Shown here: positions 45,950-55,237 of the stretch, piece after piece
Layout of the letters: each line of letters opens with the position of its first letter
How positions within the stretch are numbered: position 1 is the first letter of the stretch
Source: Minisyncoccota bacterium
Lineage (GTDB): Bacteria > Patescibacteriota > Minisyncoccia > Phycocordibacterales > UBA12079
Length of the DNA: 64,000 nucleotides
Reading direction: 5' to 3'
Assembly: GCA_023140255.1 (NCBI GenBank)
Contig: JAGLLX010000010.1
Location: forward strand, 19,774-83,773
Program-made: the position numbers and the translations under genes
The notes under the pieces: model-generated
The model's input: the letters and a program-made list of their open reading frames with translations, nothing else
What the model was told of the DNA's origin: nothing
Databases searched by the model: none

Positions 45950-47011
45950 TTAAACTCCCTCTCCTTTTAATTCTTCAATTAGTTTTTTAGCTTTACTAGA
46001 TAATTTATTAGGTAATTTTATATTTATGGTTATAAGTAAATTTCCTCTTCTTCTTTCAGAAATAGGAACACCTTTATCTTTTACTCTTAAAATTTCTCCA
46101 TGGCTCACTCCTTTTGGTATCTTAACCTTTATTTTTCCATCTAATGTTTCTACACTGTATTCAGACCCTAACAAAGCATCTGTTAATTTAACTCCTAAAT
46201 CCATAATTAAATCACTCCCTTGTTTTTTAAAAACAGAATGAGCTTTAACATAAACCTTAATATATAAATCTCCAGGATTTCCGTCTACAATGGCTTCACC
46301 AGCTCCCGTTAAACGAATCATTTCTCCATTATTTATTCCAGCTGGAATTTTTATTTCAAATTCTTCTCGTTTCTTTAAAATACCTACCCCTCGACATTCT
46401 TTACATTTTTCTTTAGGAATTTTACCCTTACCATTACATTTTTCACAAGCTCTTACTGTTGAAAAGGATCCTAGAAAAGATTGTTTTGTCTCGTGTATTT
46501 TCCCATTTCCTGCACAAGCTGAGCAAGTTTCCATAGCAGAACTTTTTTTTGCTCCTGTTCCAGAACAAAAAGAACAAGTAGAATTTTTAGTCAAAACTAT
46601 TTTTCTTTCAACTCCAAAAATTGCTTCAGCAAATGAAATTTCAATATCAACAGAAATGTCAGAACCCCTTTTTACTCTATTTCTAGCTCCTCCAAAAATA
46701 TCTCCAAATATATCCCCTAAATCAAATTCAAAGCCTTGTCCTCCTTGCCCCTGACCAAAGCCACCAAAACCGCCAAAACCTCCTTGAGAACCCCCGTTCC
46801 CTCCAAATGCTTGTCCATAGGTGTCATATTCTGCTCTTTTTTTGTCATCAGACAAAACAGCATAGGCTTCACTAGCTTCTTTAAATTTAGCCTCGTCACC
46901 ATTAGCCTTATCAGGATGATATTTATGAGCCAATTTATGAAAAGCTTTTTTTACTTCAGTTTTAGAAGCCTTTTTTTCTATCCCTAAAATTTTATAATAA
47001 TCTTTTGACAT
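45950..47011 (-). CDS. dnaJ: molecular chaperone DnaJ
   Basis: J domain (DYYKILGIEKKASKTEVKKAFHKLAHKYHPDK), G/F-rich region, four CxxCxGxG repeats. Confidence 0.9.
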   Translation of the reverse strand: MSKDYYKILGIEKKASKTEVKKAFHKLAHKYHPDKANGDEAKFKEASEAYAVLSDDKKRAEYDTYGQAFGGNGGSQGGFGGFGGFGQGQGGQGFEFDLGDIFGDIFGGARNRVKRGSDISVDIEISFAEAIFGVERKIVLTKNSTCSFCSGTGAKKSSAMETCSACAGNGKIHETKQSFLGSFSTVRACEKCNGKGKIPKEKCKECRGVGILKKREEFEIKIPAGINNGEMIRLTGAGEAIVDGNPGDLYIKVYVKAHSVFKKQGSDLIMDLGVKLTDALLGSEYSVETLDGKIKVKIPKGVSHGEILRVKDKGVPISERRRGNLLITINIKLPNKLSSKAKKLIEELKGEGV

Positions 47012-47025
47012 TATTTTAATTAATT

Positions 47026-48978
47026 TTACTCAGTTTTTGGAGCATCTCCATTTTCCTTATCTCCTTCAGAATTTTCATCTGTAGATTCATATTCAGCATC
47101 ACGAACATTTCCCTCTTTATTATCTTCGGAGGTGCTTTCTCCTTCAGCAGGAGCTTGTTTCGCTTGTTCTTCTTGCATTTTTTTCATCACCTCTTCTCCA
47201 ATTTTTTGCATTGAAGTTGAAAGTTCATCTGTTGCTTTTTTAATTGCATCAATATCAGAACCATCTTTTACTTTCTTTAATTCTTCCACCTTAACATTTA
47301 CATCATTTTTAATCTCTTCTGAAACTTTCTCTTCATTTTCTTTTATTGATTTTTCTGCTGTATGAATAAATTGTTCTGCTGTATTTTTTATTTCTATTTC
47401 TTCTTTTTTCTTTTTATCTTCATCAGCATGTAATTCAGCATCTTTTTTCATTTTTTCAACATCTTCATCTGTTAAACCAGAAGAAGCTTCAATTTTAACT
47501 GACTGTTCCTTTCCGCTAGCTTTATCAATAGCTTTTACATTTAAAATTCCATTAGCATCAATATCAAAAGAAACTTCTACTTGTGGGATACCTCTAGGAG
47601 CAGGAGTAATTCCTTCTAAAATAAATCTCCCCAAGCTTTTATTATCAATTGCTAAAGATCTTTCTCCTTGAGTAATATGAATTTCTACAGACGGTTGATT
47701 ATCTACTGCTGTAGAAAAAATTTGAGATTTTGAAGTTGGAATAGTTGTATTCTTTTCAATTAATTTTGTAGCCACTCCTCCCATTGTTTCTATTCCTAAA
47801 GACAAAGGAATAACATCTAACAAAAGAACATCCTTAACATCTCCTTGTAAAATACCTGCTTGGATAGCGGCTCCATCAGCTACAACCTCATCAGGGTTAA
47901 TAGACTGATTTGGTTCTTTATTAAATAATTTTTTTACAGCATCTTTAATTGCTGGCATTCTAGTTTGCCCTCCTACTAAGATAACTTCGTCTATATCAGA
48001 AATTTCAAAAGGTGAAGCTTCAACAGCTCGCTTTGTAATTTCAATTGATTTTTGAATATATTCATCGGCTAATTCCTCTAACTTAGCTCTAGTCATTTTT
48101 AAAAGAAGATGTTTCGGTCCGTCTTCTCCAGAAGTAATAAACGGAATATTGATTTCTGTATCTTGAGCAGTAGAAAGTTCTAATTTAGCTTTTTCAGCTG
48201 ATTCATCTAATCTTTGTAATGCTAAAGTATCTCCACTAATATCAATACCTGAGTCTTTCTTAAATTCAGCAATAATCCATTGAATAACTTTTTGATCAAT
48301 ATCCCTTCCTCCCATATGAGAATCTCCATCAGTTGATTTAACTTCAACAGTATCGTTAGATACCTCTAAAACAGAAACATCAAATGTTCCTCCGCCAAAA
48401 TCAAAAACTACAATTTGTTGATCATTATTTTTATTAAAACCATAAGATAAAGCTGCTGCTGTTGGTTCGTTTATAATTCTTTTTACCTCTAATCCAGCAA
48501 TTTTACCTGCATCTTTAGTAGCTTGCCTTTGTGAATCATTAAAATATGCAGGAACAGTAATAACTGCTTCTGTAATAGATTCCCCTATTTTAGCTTCTGC
48601 GTCAGCTTTTAATTTTGAGATAATCATAGCTGAAATTTCTTCAGGTCTATAATTTTTATCGCCCATTTTTATTTCAACCCCTCCTGTAGCAGATTTTGAA
48701 ATTTCAAAAGGAGCAGTCTCTTTATCTTTATCTAATTCTTTATCTTCAAATTTATGACCAACAAACCTTTTAATTCCAGAAACTGTATTTTGAGGATTTG
48801 TTACTGCTTGTCTTCTAGCTAATTGCCCTACCAACCTTTCTCCTGTTTTAGAGATAGCCACTACAGAAGGAGTCGTTCTTGACCCTTCAGCATTTTCTAA
48901 AATTTTTGCTTCTCCTCCTTCAATTATTGCCATTGCGGAGTTAGTTGTTCCTAAATCAATTCCTAAAATTTTTGACAT
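47026..48978 (-). CDS. dnaK: molecular chaperone DnaK (Hsp70)
   Basis: [15 protein letters not shown] and DLGGGTFD signatures. Confidence 0.95.
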   Translation of the reverse strand: MSKILGIDLGTTNSAMAIIEGGEAKILENAEGSRTTPSVVAISKTGERLVGQLARRQAVTNPQNTVSGIKRFVGHKFEDKELDKDKETAPFEISKSATGGVEIKMGDKNYRPEEISAMIISKLKADAEAKIGESITEAVITVPAYFNDSQRQATKDAGKIAGLEVKRIINEPTAAALSYGFNKNNDQQIVVFDFGGGTFDVSVLEVSNDTVEVKSTDGDSHMGGRDIDQKVIQWIIAEFKKDSGIDISGDTLALQRLDESAEKAKLELSTAQDTEINIPFITSGEDGPKHLLLKMTRAKLEELADEYIQKSIEITKRAVEASPFEISDIDEVILVGGQTRMPAIKDAVKKLFNKEPNQSINPDEVVADGAAIQAGILQGDVKDVLLLDVIPLSLGIETMGGVATKLIEKNTTIPTSKSQIFSTAVDNQPSVEIHITQGERSLAIDNKSLGRFILEGITPAPRGIPQVEVSFDIDANGILNVKAIDKASGKEQSVKIEASSGLTDEDVEKMKKDAELHADEDKKKKEEIEIKNTAEQFIHTAEKSIKENEEKVSEEIKNDVNVKVEELKKVKDGSDIDAIKKATDELSTSMQKIGEEVMKKMQEEQAKQAPAEGESTSEDNKEGNVRDAEYESTDENSEGDKENGDAPKTE

Positions 48979-49004
48979 AATATTTATTTAATTAATTTCT
49001 AATT

Positions 49005-49664
49005 TTATTGACCTACTTTAACCCTAGCTTCTCTTATTACTTTGTTATTAAGGATATACCCTTTCTGAACTACTTCTACTATTATATTCTCAGATTTTTT
49101 TTCGTCAACTTTTACTTCCTCAACCGCTATATGAAATTCTGGATTAAACTCTTCTTTCAATGGATCTATCTGTTTTACTCCATTTGCTTCTAATACTGAA
49201 AATAACTGCGAATAAATGTGCTTAACTCCCTGAGACCATTCTTTTAGATTTTTATCTAATTCATCTATATTTTTTAAAGCCATCTCAAAAGAATCTAGAA
49301 CAGGAATTATCTGTAAAATTAAATCAGTATTGGAATATTTTAATAATTCAACTCTTTGTTCCTCAAATTCTTTCCTAGCATTTACTAAATCAGCTTTAGC
49401 TCTTTGCCAACCATCTAAATATTCTTGTTTTTCTGCTATCGCTAATTTTAGTTTTTCTCTTAATTTATTAGTATCTTTATCTCCAAAAGAACTATTTATT
49501 TCTTCTTCACTATCAATAATAAAATCTTCACCATCTTCATTTGTAAATAGTTCTTTCTTCCCGTCTCCTCGACGGGTCACCGATGAGGCGACTTCTTCTG
49601 TTTCTATAACAAAATCATCTTCTATATTATTTATATCTTTTTTTTCTTCGTTATTTTTTGACAT
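49005..49664 (-). CDS. grpE: nucleotide exchange factor GrpE
   Basis: GWQRAKADLVNARKEFEEQ ... ILQIIPVLDSFEMAL. Confidence 0.85.
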   Translation of the reverse strand: MSKNNEEKKDINNIEDDFVIETEEVASSVTRRGDGKKELFTNEDGEDFIIDSEEEINSSFGDKDTNKLREKLKLAIAEKQEYLDGWQRAKADLVNARKEFEEQRVELLKYSNTDLILQIIPVLDSFEMALKNIDELDKNLKEWSQGVKHIYSQLFSVLEANGVKQIDPLKEEFNPEFHIAVEEVKVDEKKSENIIVEVVQKGYILNNKVIREARVKVGQ

Positions 49665-49726
49665 AATATCTAAAGGGCAGGGCGAAGCCCCGCCCTTTAT
49701 AATTAATTAAGAAAAAATTAAATTAA

Positions 49727-50137
49727 TTATCGTTTATTCCATTGTGGAGCTCTTCTCGCTTTCTTCAAACCAAATTTCTTTCTCTCTTTCATTCTAGGAT
49801 CTCTTCTCAAAAATCCTTCTTTTTTAAGATCTTTTTTAAATTCTTCGTCTATCTTTAATAAAATTCTAGCAATTCCATGTCTTACAGCCTCAGCTTGTGC
49901 ATGAATTCCTCCCCCTTTAACCAATATAGAAACAGAAAACTTAGCATCTAATTTAACAGTATTAAAAGCATCTTTTACGATAGCCTGCAATTCTTCTGTA
50001 GGAAAATAATCAGATAACTTAGCATCGTTAACAATATAAGAACTTTTCCCAGCCTCAGTTAATCTTACTCGAGCAGTAGCTGTTTTTCTTCTTCCTATCG
50101 CTTCAATATATTTTTTTGATTTTGTTTTTGTAGCCAT
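49727..50137 (-). CDS. rpsI: 30S ribosomal protein S9
   Basis: C-terminal KKFGLKKARRAPQWNKR. Confidence 0.9.
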   Translation of the reverse strand: MATKTKSKKYIEAIGRRKTATARVRLTEAGKSSYIVNDAKLSDYFPTEELQAIVKDAFNTVKLDAKFSVSILVKGGGIHAQAEAVRHGIARILLKIDEEFKKDLKKEGFLRRDPRMKERKKFGLKKARRAPQWNKR

Positions 50138-50148
50138 TTATCTAATCT

Positions 50149-50493
50149 CTATTCATTAATTATTAAATTTTTCATTATTAACGGACGAAGTTTATTTCCT
50201 GGAAGCATTCCGTAAACGGCTTTTCTTAAAACTTCAGTATAACCTTTGTCAGCAATAACTTTTTCCATATTTTCAACCTTTCTTCCTCCTGGAAAACCTG
50301 AATATCTTTGATATTCTTTTTGCTTCATTTTCTTTTTAGCAATATCTAATTTTGAAGCGTTGCTTACATTTACTTTTACGTCAACTACTTGATTTTTAGT
50401 AAAATCAGGTTTATTTTTCCCCATTAACAAAATTGCTATTTTAGTAGCTAATCTTCCTAACTTTTCTCCTGTTGCATCTAAATTATATTCCAT
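50149..50493 (-). CDS. rplM: 50S ribosomal protein L13 (short form)
   Basis: DATGEKLGRLATKIAILLMGKNKPDF ... YSGFPGG. Confidence 0.8.
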   Translation of the reverse strand: MEYNLDATGEKLGRLATKIAILLMGKNKPDFTKNQVVDVKVNVSNASKLDIAKKKMKQKEYQRYSGFPGGRKVENMEKVIADKGYTEVLRKAVYGMLPGNKLRPLIMKNLIINE

Positions 50494-50503
50494 AATAATA
50501 TTA

Positions 50504-50860
50504 TTAAACTAATTCTATCTGAGCCATAGAGCTTCCATCTCCCTGTCTAGGAGTTAATTTTGTAATACGAGTATAACCTCCACTTCTTTCTTTATATTTT
50601 GTTGCTAACTCTGTAGTTAATTTTTTAACTATATCTAAATTTTCACTTCCTAATCTAGCTCTCAATAATCTTTTTGTAAAAATAGAATCTTTTTTCCCTC
50701 TTGTAATTAATTTTTCTACATAGGGTCTTAATTCTTTAGCTTTAGCTTCTGTTGTTTTTATACTTTTCTTATCTAAAAGAGACACAGCTAAAGACGCTAA
50801 CAAAGCTTTTCTTTGTTTCCTTACTCTCCCAAATTTTCTATTAGTATTATGATGTCTCAT
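50504..50860 (-). CDS. rplQ: 50S ribosomal protein L17
   Basis: MRHHNTNRKFGRVRKQRKALLASLAVSLL. Confidence 0.9.
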   Translation of the reverse strand: MRHHNTNRKFGRVRKQRKALLASLAVSLLDKKSIKTTEAKAKELRPYVEKLITRGKKDSIFTKRLLRARLGSENLDIVKKLTTELATKYKERSGGYTRITKLTPRQGDGSSMAQIELV

Positions 50861-50872
50861 GATAATTAAATT

Positions 50873-51847
50873 TTATTTTTGTTTTAACATAATTCCGAAA
50901 TTACTCAAAGCTCTCTTCACTTCTTGAATTCCTTTTGCTCCTAACCCCTCTAAAGCTAACAAGTCATCTTCTGTTTTCTTAATTAACCCACCAACTGTTC
51001 TAATACTTGCTTCTGACAAAGCATTAGATGTTCTTAGTGATAGATTTAAAGAATCAACTCTTGTCTTTAAGAAATCAGTATCCATTTCTTCTTTAGTTTC
51101 CTTATCGTCTTTAGTAACTTGCTGTTTTTCTTCTTCTGAAATTTCAATATTTTCTTCTTCAAAGCCAACAATAGCAGATAATTGTTTAATCATTATTTCA
51201 ATAGATTTTTCTAAAGCTTCCTGAGGTAGAATTGTTCCATCTGTTTCTATAAAAATAGATAGTCGGTTAAAGTCTGTTTTATCTCCTACTCTCATATTTT
51301 CAACTTCATAACTTACTCGTCTAATAGGAGTAAAAGAAGCATCTAAAATAATCATTCCTATATTTGTTCTTTCTTCGGCCTGATCTTCCTTACTAATATA
51401 TCCCAAACCTTTCTTCACTGTGATCTTCATATCCAAAGAACTTTTAGCACTAGTTAAAGTAGCTATTTCTAATTCAGGATTCATTATTTCTACCTGTCCG
51501 TTTTTATCAATATCCTTAGCAATAACTGTTTTTACTCCACCAACTTTTAAAGTTAAAATTTGCGGTTCATCTGTTAATAACTTAATTCTTAATTTTTTAA
51601 TATTCAATAAAATTCTAATTACATCCTCTTTAATTCCATCAATTGTAGAAAATTCATGTTCTACACCTTCTATTTCAACAGAAGTAACAGATGTTCCAGG
51701 CAAAGAAGATAAAATTATTCTTCTTAAAGAATTTCCTAAAGTATGCCCATACCCAGGATATAAGCCATCAATTTGATAAAAACCTTTAAAACCCTCATCT
51801 TTGATGATTTTAGGCTTTGATGGTAATAAGATATTGTATTCAGACAT
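50873..51847 (-). CDS. rpoA: DNA-directed RNA polymerase subunit alpha
   Basis: GYGHTLGNSLRRILLSSLPG and a C-terminal alphaCTD. Confidence 0.9.
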   Translation of the reverse strand: MSEYNILLPSKPKIIKDEGFKGFYQIDGLYPGYGHTLGNSLRRIILSSLPGTSVTSVEIEGVEHEFSTIDGIKEDVIRILLNIKKLRIKLLTDEPQILTLKVGGVKTVIAKDIDKNGQVEIMNPELEIATLTSAKSSLDMKITVKKGLGYISKEDQAEERTNIGMIILDASFTPIRRVSYEVENMRVGDKTDFNRLSIFIETDGTILPQEALEKSIEIMIKQLSAIVGFEEENIEISEEEKQQVTKDDKETKEEMDTDFLKTRVDSLNLSLRTSNALSEASIRTVGGLIKKTEDDLLALEGLGAKGIQEVKRALSNFGIMLKQK

Positions 51848-51930
51848 AATAATTTAGCTTTTAATTATTAATTATTAAAAAATTATAATAATAGTTCATT
51901 ATAATACATCATTTTAGGCATTTTTACAAA

Positions 51931-52542
51931 TTAACGCCCATAAAATTCTAAAATAATTTTAAAATCAAATATTTCTTGACTTTCTAATTTAGGTTCACCG
52001 ATAACTTTCCCTTCTTTTTTCTTAATGTCAAAACTTAACCAATTAACTGAAGTTGTATTTTTTATTTTATCCTGCAAATCAGTAAAAACAGCTTTTTCTT
52101 GACTTCCTTTTCTAATCTCTATTTTATCACCTACTTTAGTTTTATATGAAGCAACAGATAACTTTTTTCCATTTACAACAATATGCCCATGAGAAACTAA
52201 TTGTCTCGCCATAGCTCTAGTAGGAGCTAATCCTAATCGATATATAACATTATCTAATCTTGATTCTAGTCTATTATATAAAAAATCAGCAGGACTTTTA
52301 GCTTTTTGAGCCATAGCTTCTTTAACATATCTAGATAATTGTTTTTCTCTAATACCATAAGAAAAACGTAATTTTTGTTTTTCAATCAACTGTAAACCAT
52401 ACTGAGAAGGCATCTTCTTTCTTTTTTGTGTTCTATTTCCACTTTTTCTTGCTTCAGATAAAGCGTATTTTTGAGTTTGTGTCTTTTCAAAAAGACTCGC
52501 CCCCAACCTTCTACATAATTTATATTTTGTTTTTATAATCAT
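51931..52542 (-). CDS. rpsD: 30S ribosomal protein S4
   Basis: YKLCRRLG ... S4 RNA-binding domain (RLDNVIYRLGLAPTRAMARQLVSHGHIVVNGKK). Confidence 0.9.
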   Translation of the reverse strand: MIIKTKYKLCRRLGASLFEKTQTQKYALSEARKSGNRTQKRKKMPSQYGLQLIEKQKLRFSYGIREKQLSRYVKEAMAQKAKSPADFLYNRLESRLDNVIYRLGLAPTRAMARQLVSHGHIVVNGKKLSVASYKTKVGDKIEIRKGSQEKAVFTDLQDKIKNTTSVNWLSFDIKKKEGKVIGEPKLESQEIFDFKIILEFYGR

Positions 52543-52567
52543 AAAATTAGTTTTTCTTTTTTAACTT

Positions 52568-53011
52568 TTATACTCTTCTTGGTTTTTTTGGTCTTGGCCC
52601 ATTATGTGGAATGGGAGTCTTATCTTTAATTGAATCAATATGGATTCCTTTTGAAATAAAACCTCTAATAGAAGATTCTCGTCCTGCGCCAACTCCTTTA
52701 ACAATAATATCAACTGTCTTCACTCCCATAGATTTAGCCATTTCTCCAATTAATTCTCCAATTTTAGCAGCTGCAAAAGGAGTTCCTTTTTTAGCACCTT
52801 TAAAACCTAAAGCTCCACTTGAAGAAGTGCAAATTAAATTACCAGTTAAATCTGTCAAAGAAACAATCGTATTATTATAAGTAGATCTAATATGTAAAAT
52901 CCCTGAGTCTAATTTTCTTTTAGCTCCTTTATTTAAAAAACGTGATTTTAAAGCATTCTTTTTTGAATCACCTATTTTCCCTGTCTTTTTTATAATTCTT
53001 TTTTTTCCCAT
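52568..53011 (-). CDS. rpsK: 30S ribosomal protein S11
   Basis: ILHIRSTYNNTIVSLTDLTGN ... PIPHNGPRPKKPRRV. Confidence 0.9.
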   Translation of the reverse strand: MGKKRIIKKTGKIGDSKKNALKSRFLNKGAKRKLDSGILHIRSTYNNTIVSLTDLTGNLICTSSSGALGFKGAKKGTPFAAAKIGELIGEMAKSMGVKTVDIIVKGVGAGRESSIRGFISKGIHIDSIKDKTPIPHNGPRPKKPRRV

Positions 53012-53025
53012 AAAAATTTTATTTA

Positions 53026-53400
53026 TTATTTCTTTTCTTTATTTCTACCAGAACCCATTGTTTTCTTTTTCCCTCTTAATGTTCTAGCATTAGTTCTAGT
53101 TCTTTGACCTCGACAAGGTAAATTTTTAGTATGTCTAGAACCTCTGTATGACTTAATATCAATTAATCTTTTGATATTTCCACTTATCTCTCTTTTTAAA
53201 TTTCCTTCTAATTTATGTCCTTCTACAATATCTCTAATCTTTTTTTCTTCATCAGTACTTAAATCTTTTGATTTTTTTCCATAATCAACTTTAGCATCAT
53301 CTAAAATTTTATGAGCAAGGGATCTACCCACACCGTATAAAACAGTTAGTCCTATTTCTAATCTTTTTTCATCGGGGATTGTAATTCCTGAAATTCTCAT
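53026..53400 (-). CDS. rpsM: 30S ribosomal protein S13
   Basis: MRISGITIPDEKRLEIGLTVLYGVGRSLA. Confidence 0.9.
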   Translation of the reverse strand: MRISGITIPDEKRLEIGLTVLYGVGRSLAHKILDDAKVDYGKKSKDLSTDEEKKIRDIVEGHKLEGNLKREISGNIKRLIDIKSYRGSRHTKNLPCRGQRTRTNARTLRGKKKTMGSGRNKEKK

Positions 53401-53435
53401 ATAATTTATATACTATATTATGTTTTTTAATTAAT

Positions 53436-53549
53436 TTATCTTTGTCGTTGTTTATGTCTTGGGTTTTCACAAATAACACAAACCCGCCCTTTTCTTCGAA
53501 CGACCTTACATTTCACACATTGTTTTTTAACTGATGATTTTATTTTCAT
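53436..53549 (-). CDS. rpmJ: 50S ribosomal protein L36
   Basis: 37 aa [37 protein letters not shown]. Not in the ORF track because it is shorter than 60 aa. Confidence 0.85.
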   Translation of the reverse strand: MKIKSSVKKQCVKCKVVRRKGRVCVICENPRHKQRQR

Positions 53550-53592
53550 ACTTTTAATATTCTAAACAAGTTAAACTTATTTATATCTAAGA

Positions 53593-53823
53593 TTATTTTA
53601 ATCTTTGGACGATTCTTCCTCTACCTCCATAAGAATCCACCTTGATTTTTACTTTATCTCCTACTAACACTTTAATTCTGTGAATTCTCATTTTACCAGA
53701 CAAATAAACTAATTGAACTTCTATTTCTCCAGTATCTTTATTCTCAACTTCCGCATTAAAAAGAGTGTTGGGCAGAGCCTCAATAATAATCCCTTCTACA
53801 AATTGTTCTTCTTTATTTTCCAT
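53593..53823 (-). CDS. infA: translation initiation factor IF-1
   Basis: S1-like fold, EGIIIEALPNTLFNAEVENKDTGEIEVQLVYLSGKMR. Confidence 0.9.
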   Translation of the reverse strand: MENKEEQFVEGIIIEALPNTLFNAEVENKDTGEIEVQLVYLSGKMRIHRIKVLVGDKVKIKVDSYGGRGRIVQRLK

Positions 53824-53908
53824 TATTTAAACAACGAAGGTTATTCTAACAAAAACCTTCTTTTTTTTCAAGTATTTTTATACAAAAATCTTTTTAATAA
53901 AAATTAAG

Positions 53909-55159
53909 CTAATCTGAGACGATTTCTATCTTCCCTGTACTTCTAGGAAAAGAATTTTTCCAGAAAGGTTTGATAACAATGTCTGCAGAATCAATACTTG
54001 GATATCTAGACAATATTTCATTTGTACTCTCTTTTGATTTCCCTACAAAGTCATTTTTTAAAGCTTCTTCGTCAAAAATCCACTCAAAATTACATTCTCC
54101 TTTTAGAGAAAAAACAAATCTATTTTCAACCCATGGTTCTACATCAGCTTTGTTTTTTATTTCAAAATTTAAATTCTCTAAATTAGAAATCACTAAATCA
54201 GCTCCATCATAGTCATCTATAATATTTTCAGCCACATATTTACTTAAATTATTTTTGTTAAAAATAATTGCATAAACATTAGCCTTTACTTCTACACCAA
54301 CATTATCTCCCATATCTTTAGTTCCCAAAAACTTAGTTTCTGAAAAAATACCATCTTCATACAAAACGAAACCTTCTGGAATTTGAGTTTTGATCTCTTC
54401 TGTTAATTCATTAACCAATTTACCCCCTAATTGAATCTTAACATTCTCAACATCAGTCTCAGAAGCAATTTTCTTTACTCCTTTATAACCACCACTCATA
54501 ACAGTCGTTGAACGAGCATAAAATTTATCAAACCTATCTGTCCCTTCAAAACCAGGGACAACAAAATCTTTTAATTCAATGTTGAATTTTTCTCCCGGCT
54601 GATCAGCATAAACAGTCACTTCTATACTTCCAGGAATAATTTTTCCTGTAGAGTCTTTTTCTTGTCCAGGAACAACTATTGAATTTTGAATTCTAAAAAT
54701 TAGACCTTCTGGAGTTTCAAAACGAGTATTTTTAATTAATCTTTGATTTTCAGAACTATAATTATTAAAAATAATTATTTCACCACTCGCTTTCTCTTCT
54801 ACACTCTCTTCTCCTGTTGCATTTATTGATTCTGTAACTGTCTTATCTAACATTATGATATCAAAAGGAATTCCCCCTGTTTCATTACTAGAAACAGCTA
54901 TAAAACTGGCATCAGTCCTTTTTGTAAGTTGTCTAGAAACAACGTTTATTACAACACTGGAAGAAACCAAGAAAACAAACCCAGAAAACGCAATTATTCC
55001 TATAATGATTAAAACAAGTATCTTTTTCCCAAAAGACATCTTCTTTTTTTCTATTTTTATATTAGTTATTGGATTTCGGCCTCTGCCTTTTCCATTAGGC
55101 ACAGGGATATCATGTATTGTTTTTTTAGGAGGCGTCACATCTTGTAATTTTTTATTCAT
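53909..55159 (-). CDS. hypothetical membrane-anchored extracytoplasmic protein (416 aa)
   Basis: Basic N-terminus and a single TM helix (ILVLIIIGIIAFSGFVFLV). No recognised domain. Confidence 0.5.
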   Translation of the reverse strand: MNKKLQDVTPPKKTIHDIPVPNGKGRGRNPITNIKIEKKKMSFGKKILVLIIIGIIAFSGFVFLVSSSVVINVVSRQLTKRTDASFIAVSSNETGGIPFDIIMLDKTVTESINATGEESVEEKASGEIIIFNNYSSENQRLIKNTRFETPEGLIFRIQNSIVVPGQEKDSTGKIIPGSIEVTVYADQPGEKFNIELKDFVVPGFEGTDRFDKFYARSTTVMSGGYKGVKKIASETDVENVKIQLGGKLVNELTEEIKTQIPEGFVLYEDGIFSETKFLGTKDMGDNVGVEVKANVYAIIFNKNNLSKYVAENIIDDYDGADLVISNLENLNFEIKNKADVEPWVENRFVFSLKGECNFEWIFDEEALKNDFVGKSKESTNEILSRYPSIDSADIVIKPFWKNSFPRSTGKIEIVSD

Positions 55160-55237
55160 ATTAATTAAGATTTGTTAAAGATTAAGGTTTTTTCTTTTTA
55201 TTCTCACATTTTACCATAAAAAACAAAAAGTATATAT

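Noticed and set aside
46026-46987. Antisense ORFs inside dnaJ (46026..46241, 46290..46754, 46736..46987) and similar nested or antisense ORFs (646..828, 1640..1885, 3494..3805, 4607..4819, 7235..7432, 7566..7760, 9267..9545, 17338..18304, 51420..51776, 52611..52880, 53713..54212, 59008..59451, 60300..60650, 62899..63120 and others)
   Set aside because: They lie wholly within well-supported conserved genes on the opposite strand or in another frame. They have no independent signals.
49665-49726. CIRCE/HrcA operator upstream of grpE-dnaK-dnaJ
   Set aside because: No TTAGCACTC-N9-GAGTGCTAA-like inverted repeat is present. The GC-rich hairpin at 49670-49700 is better explained as the rpsI terminator.
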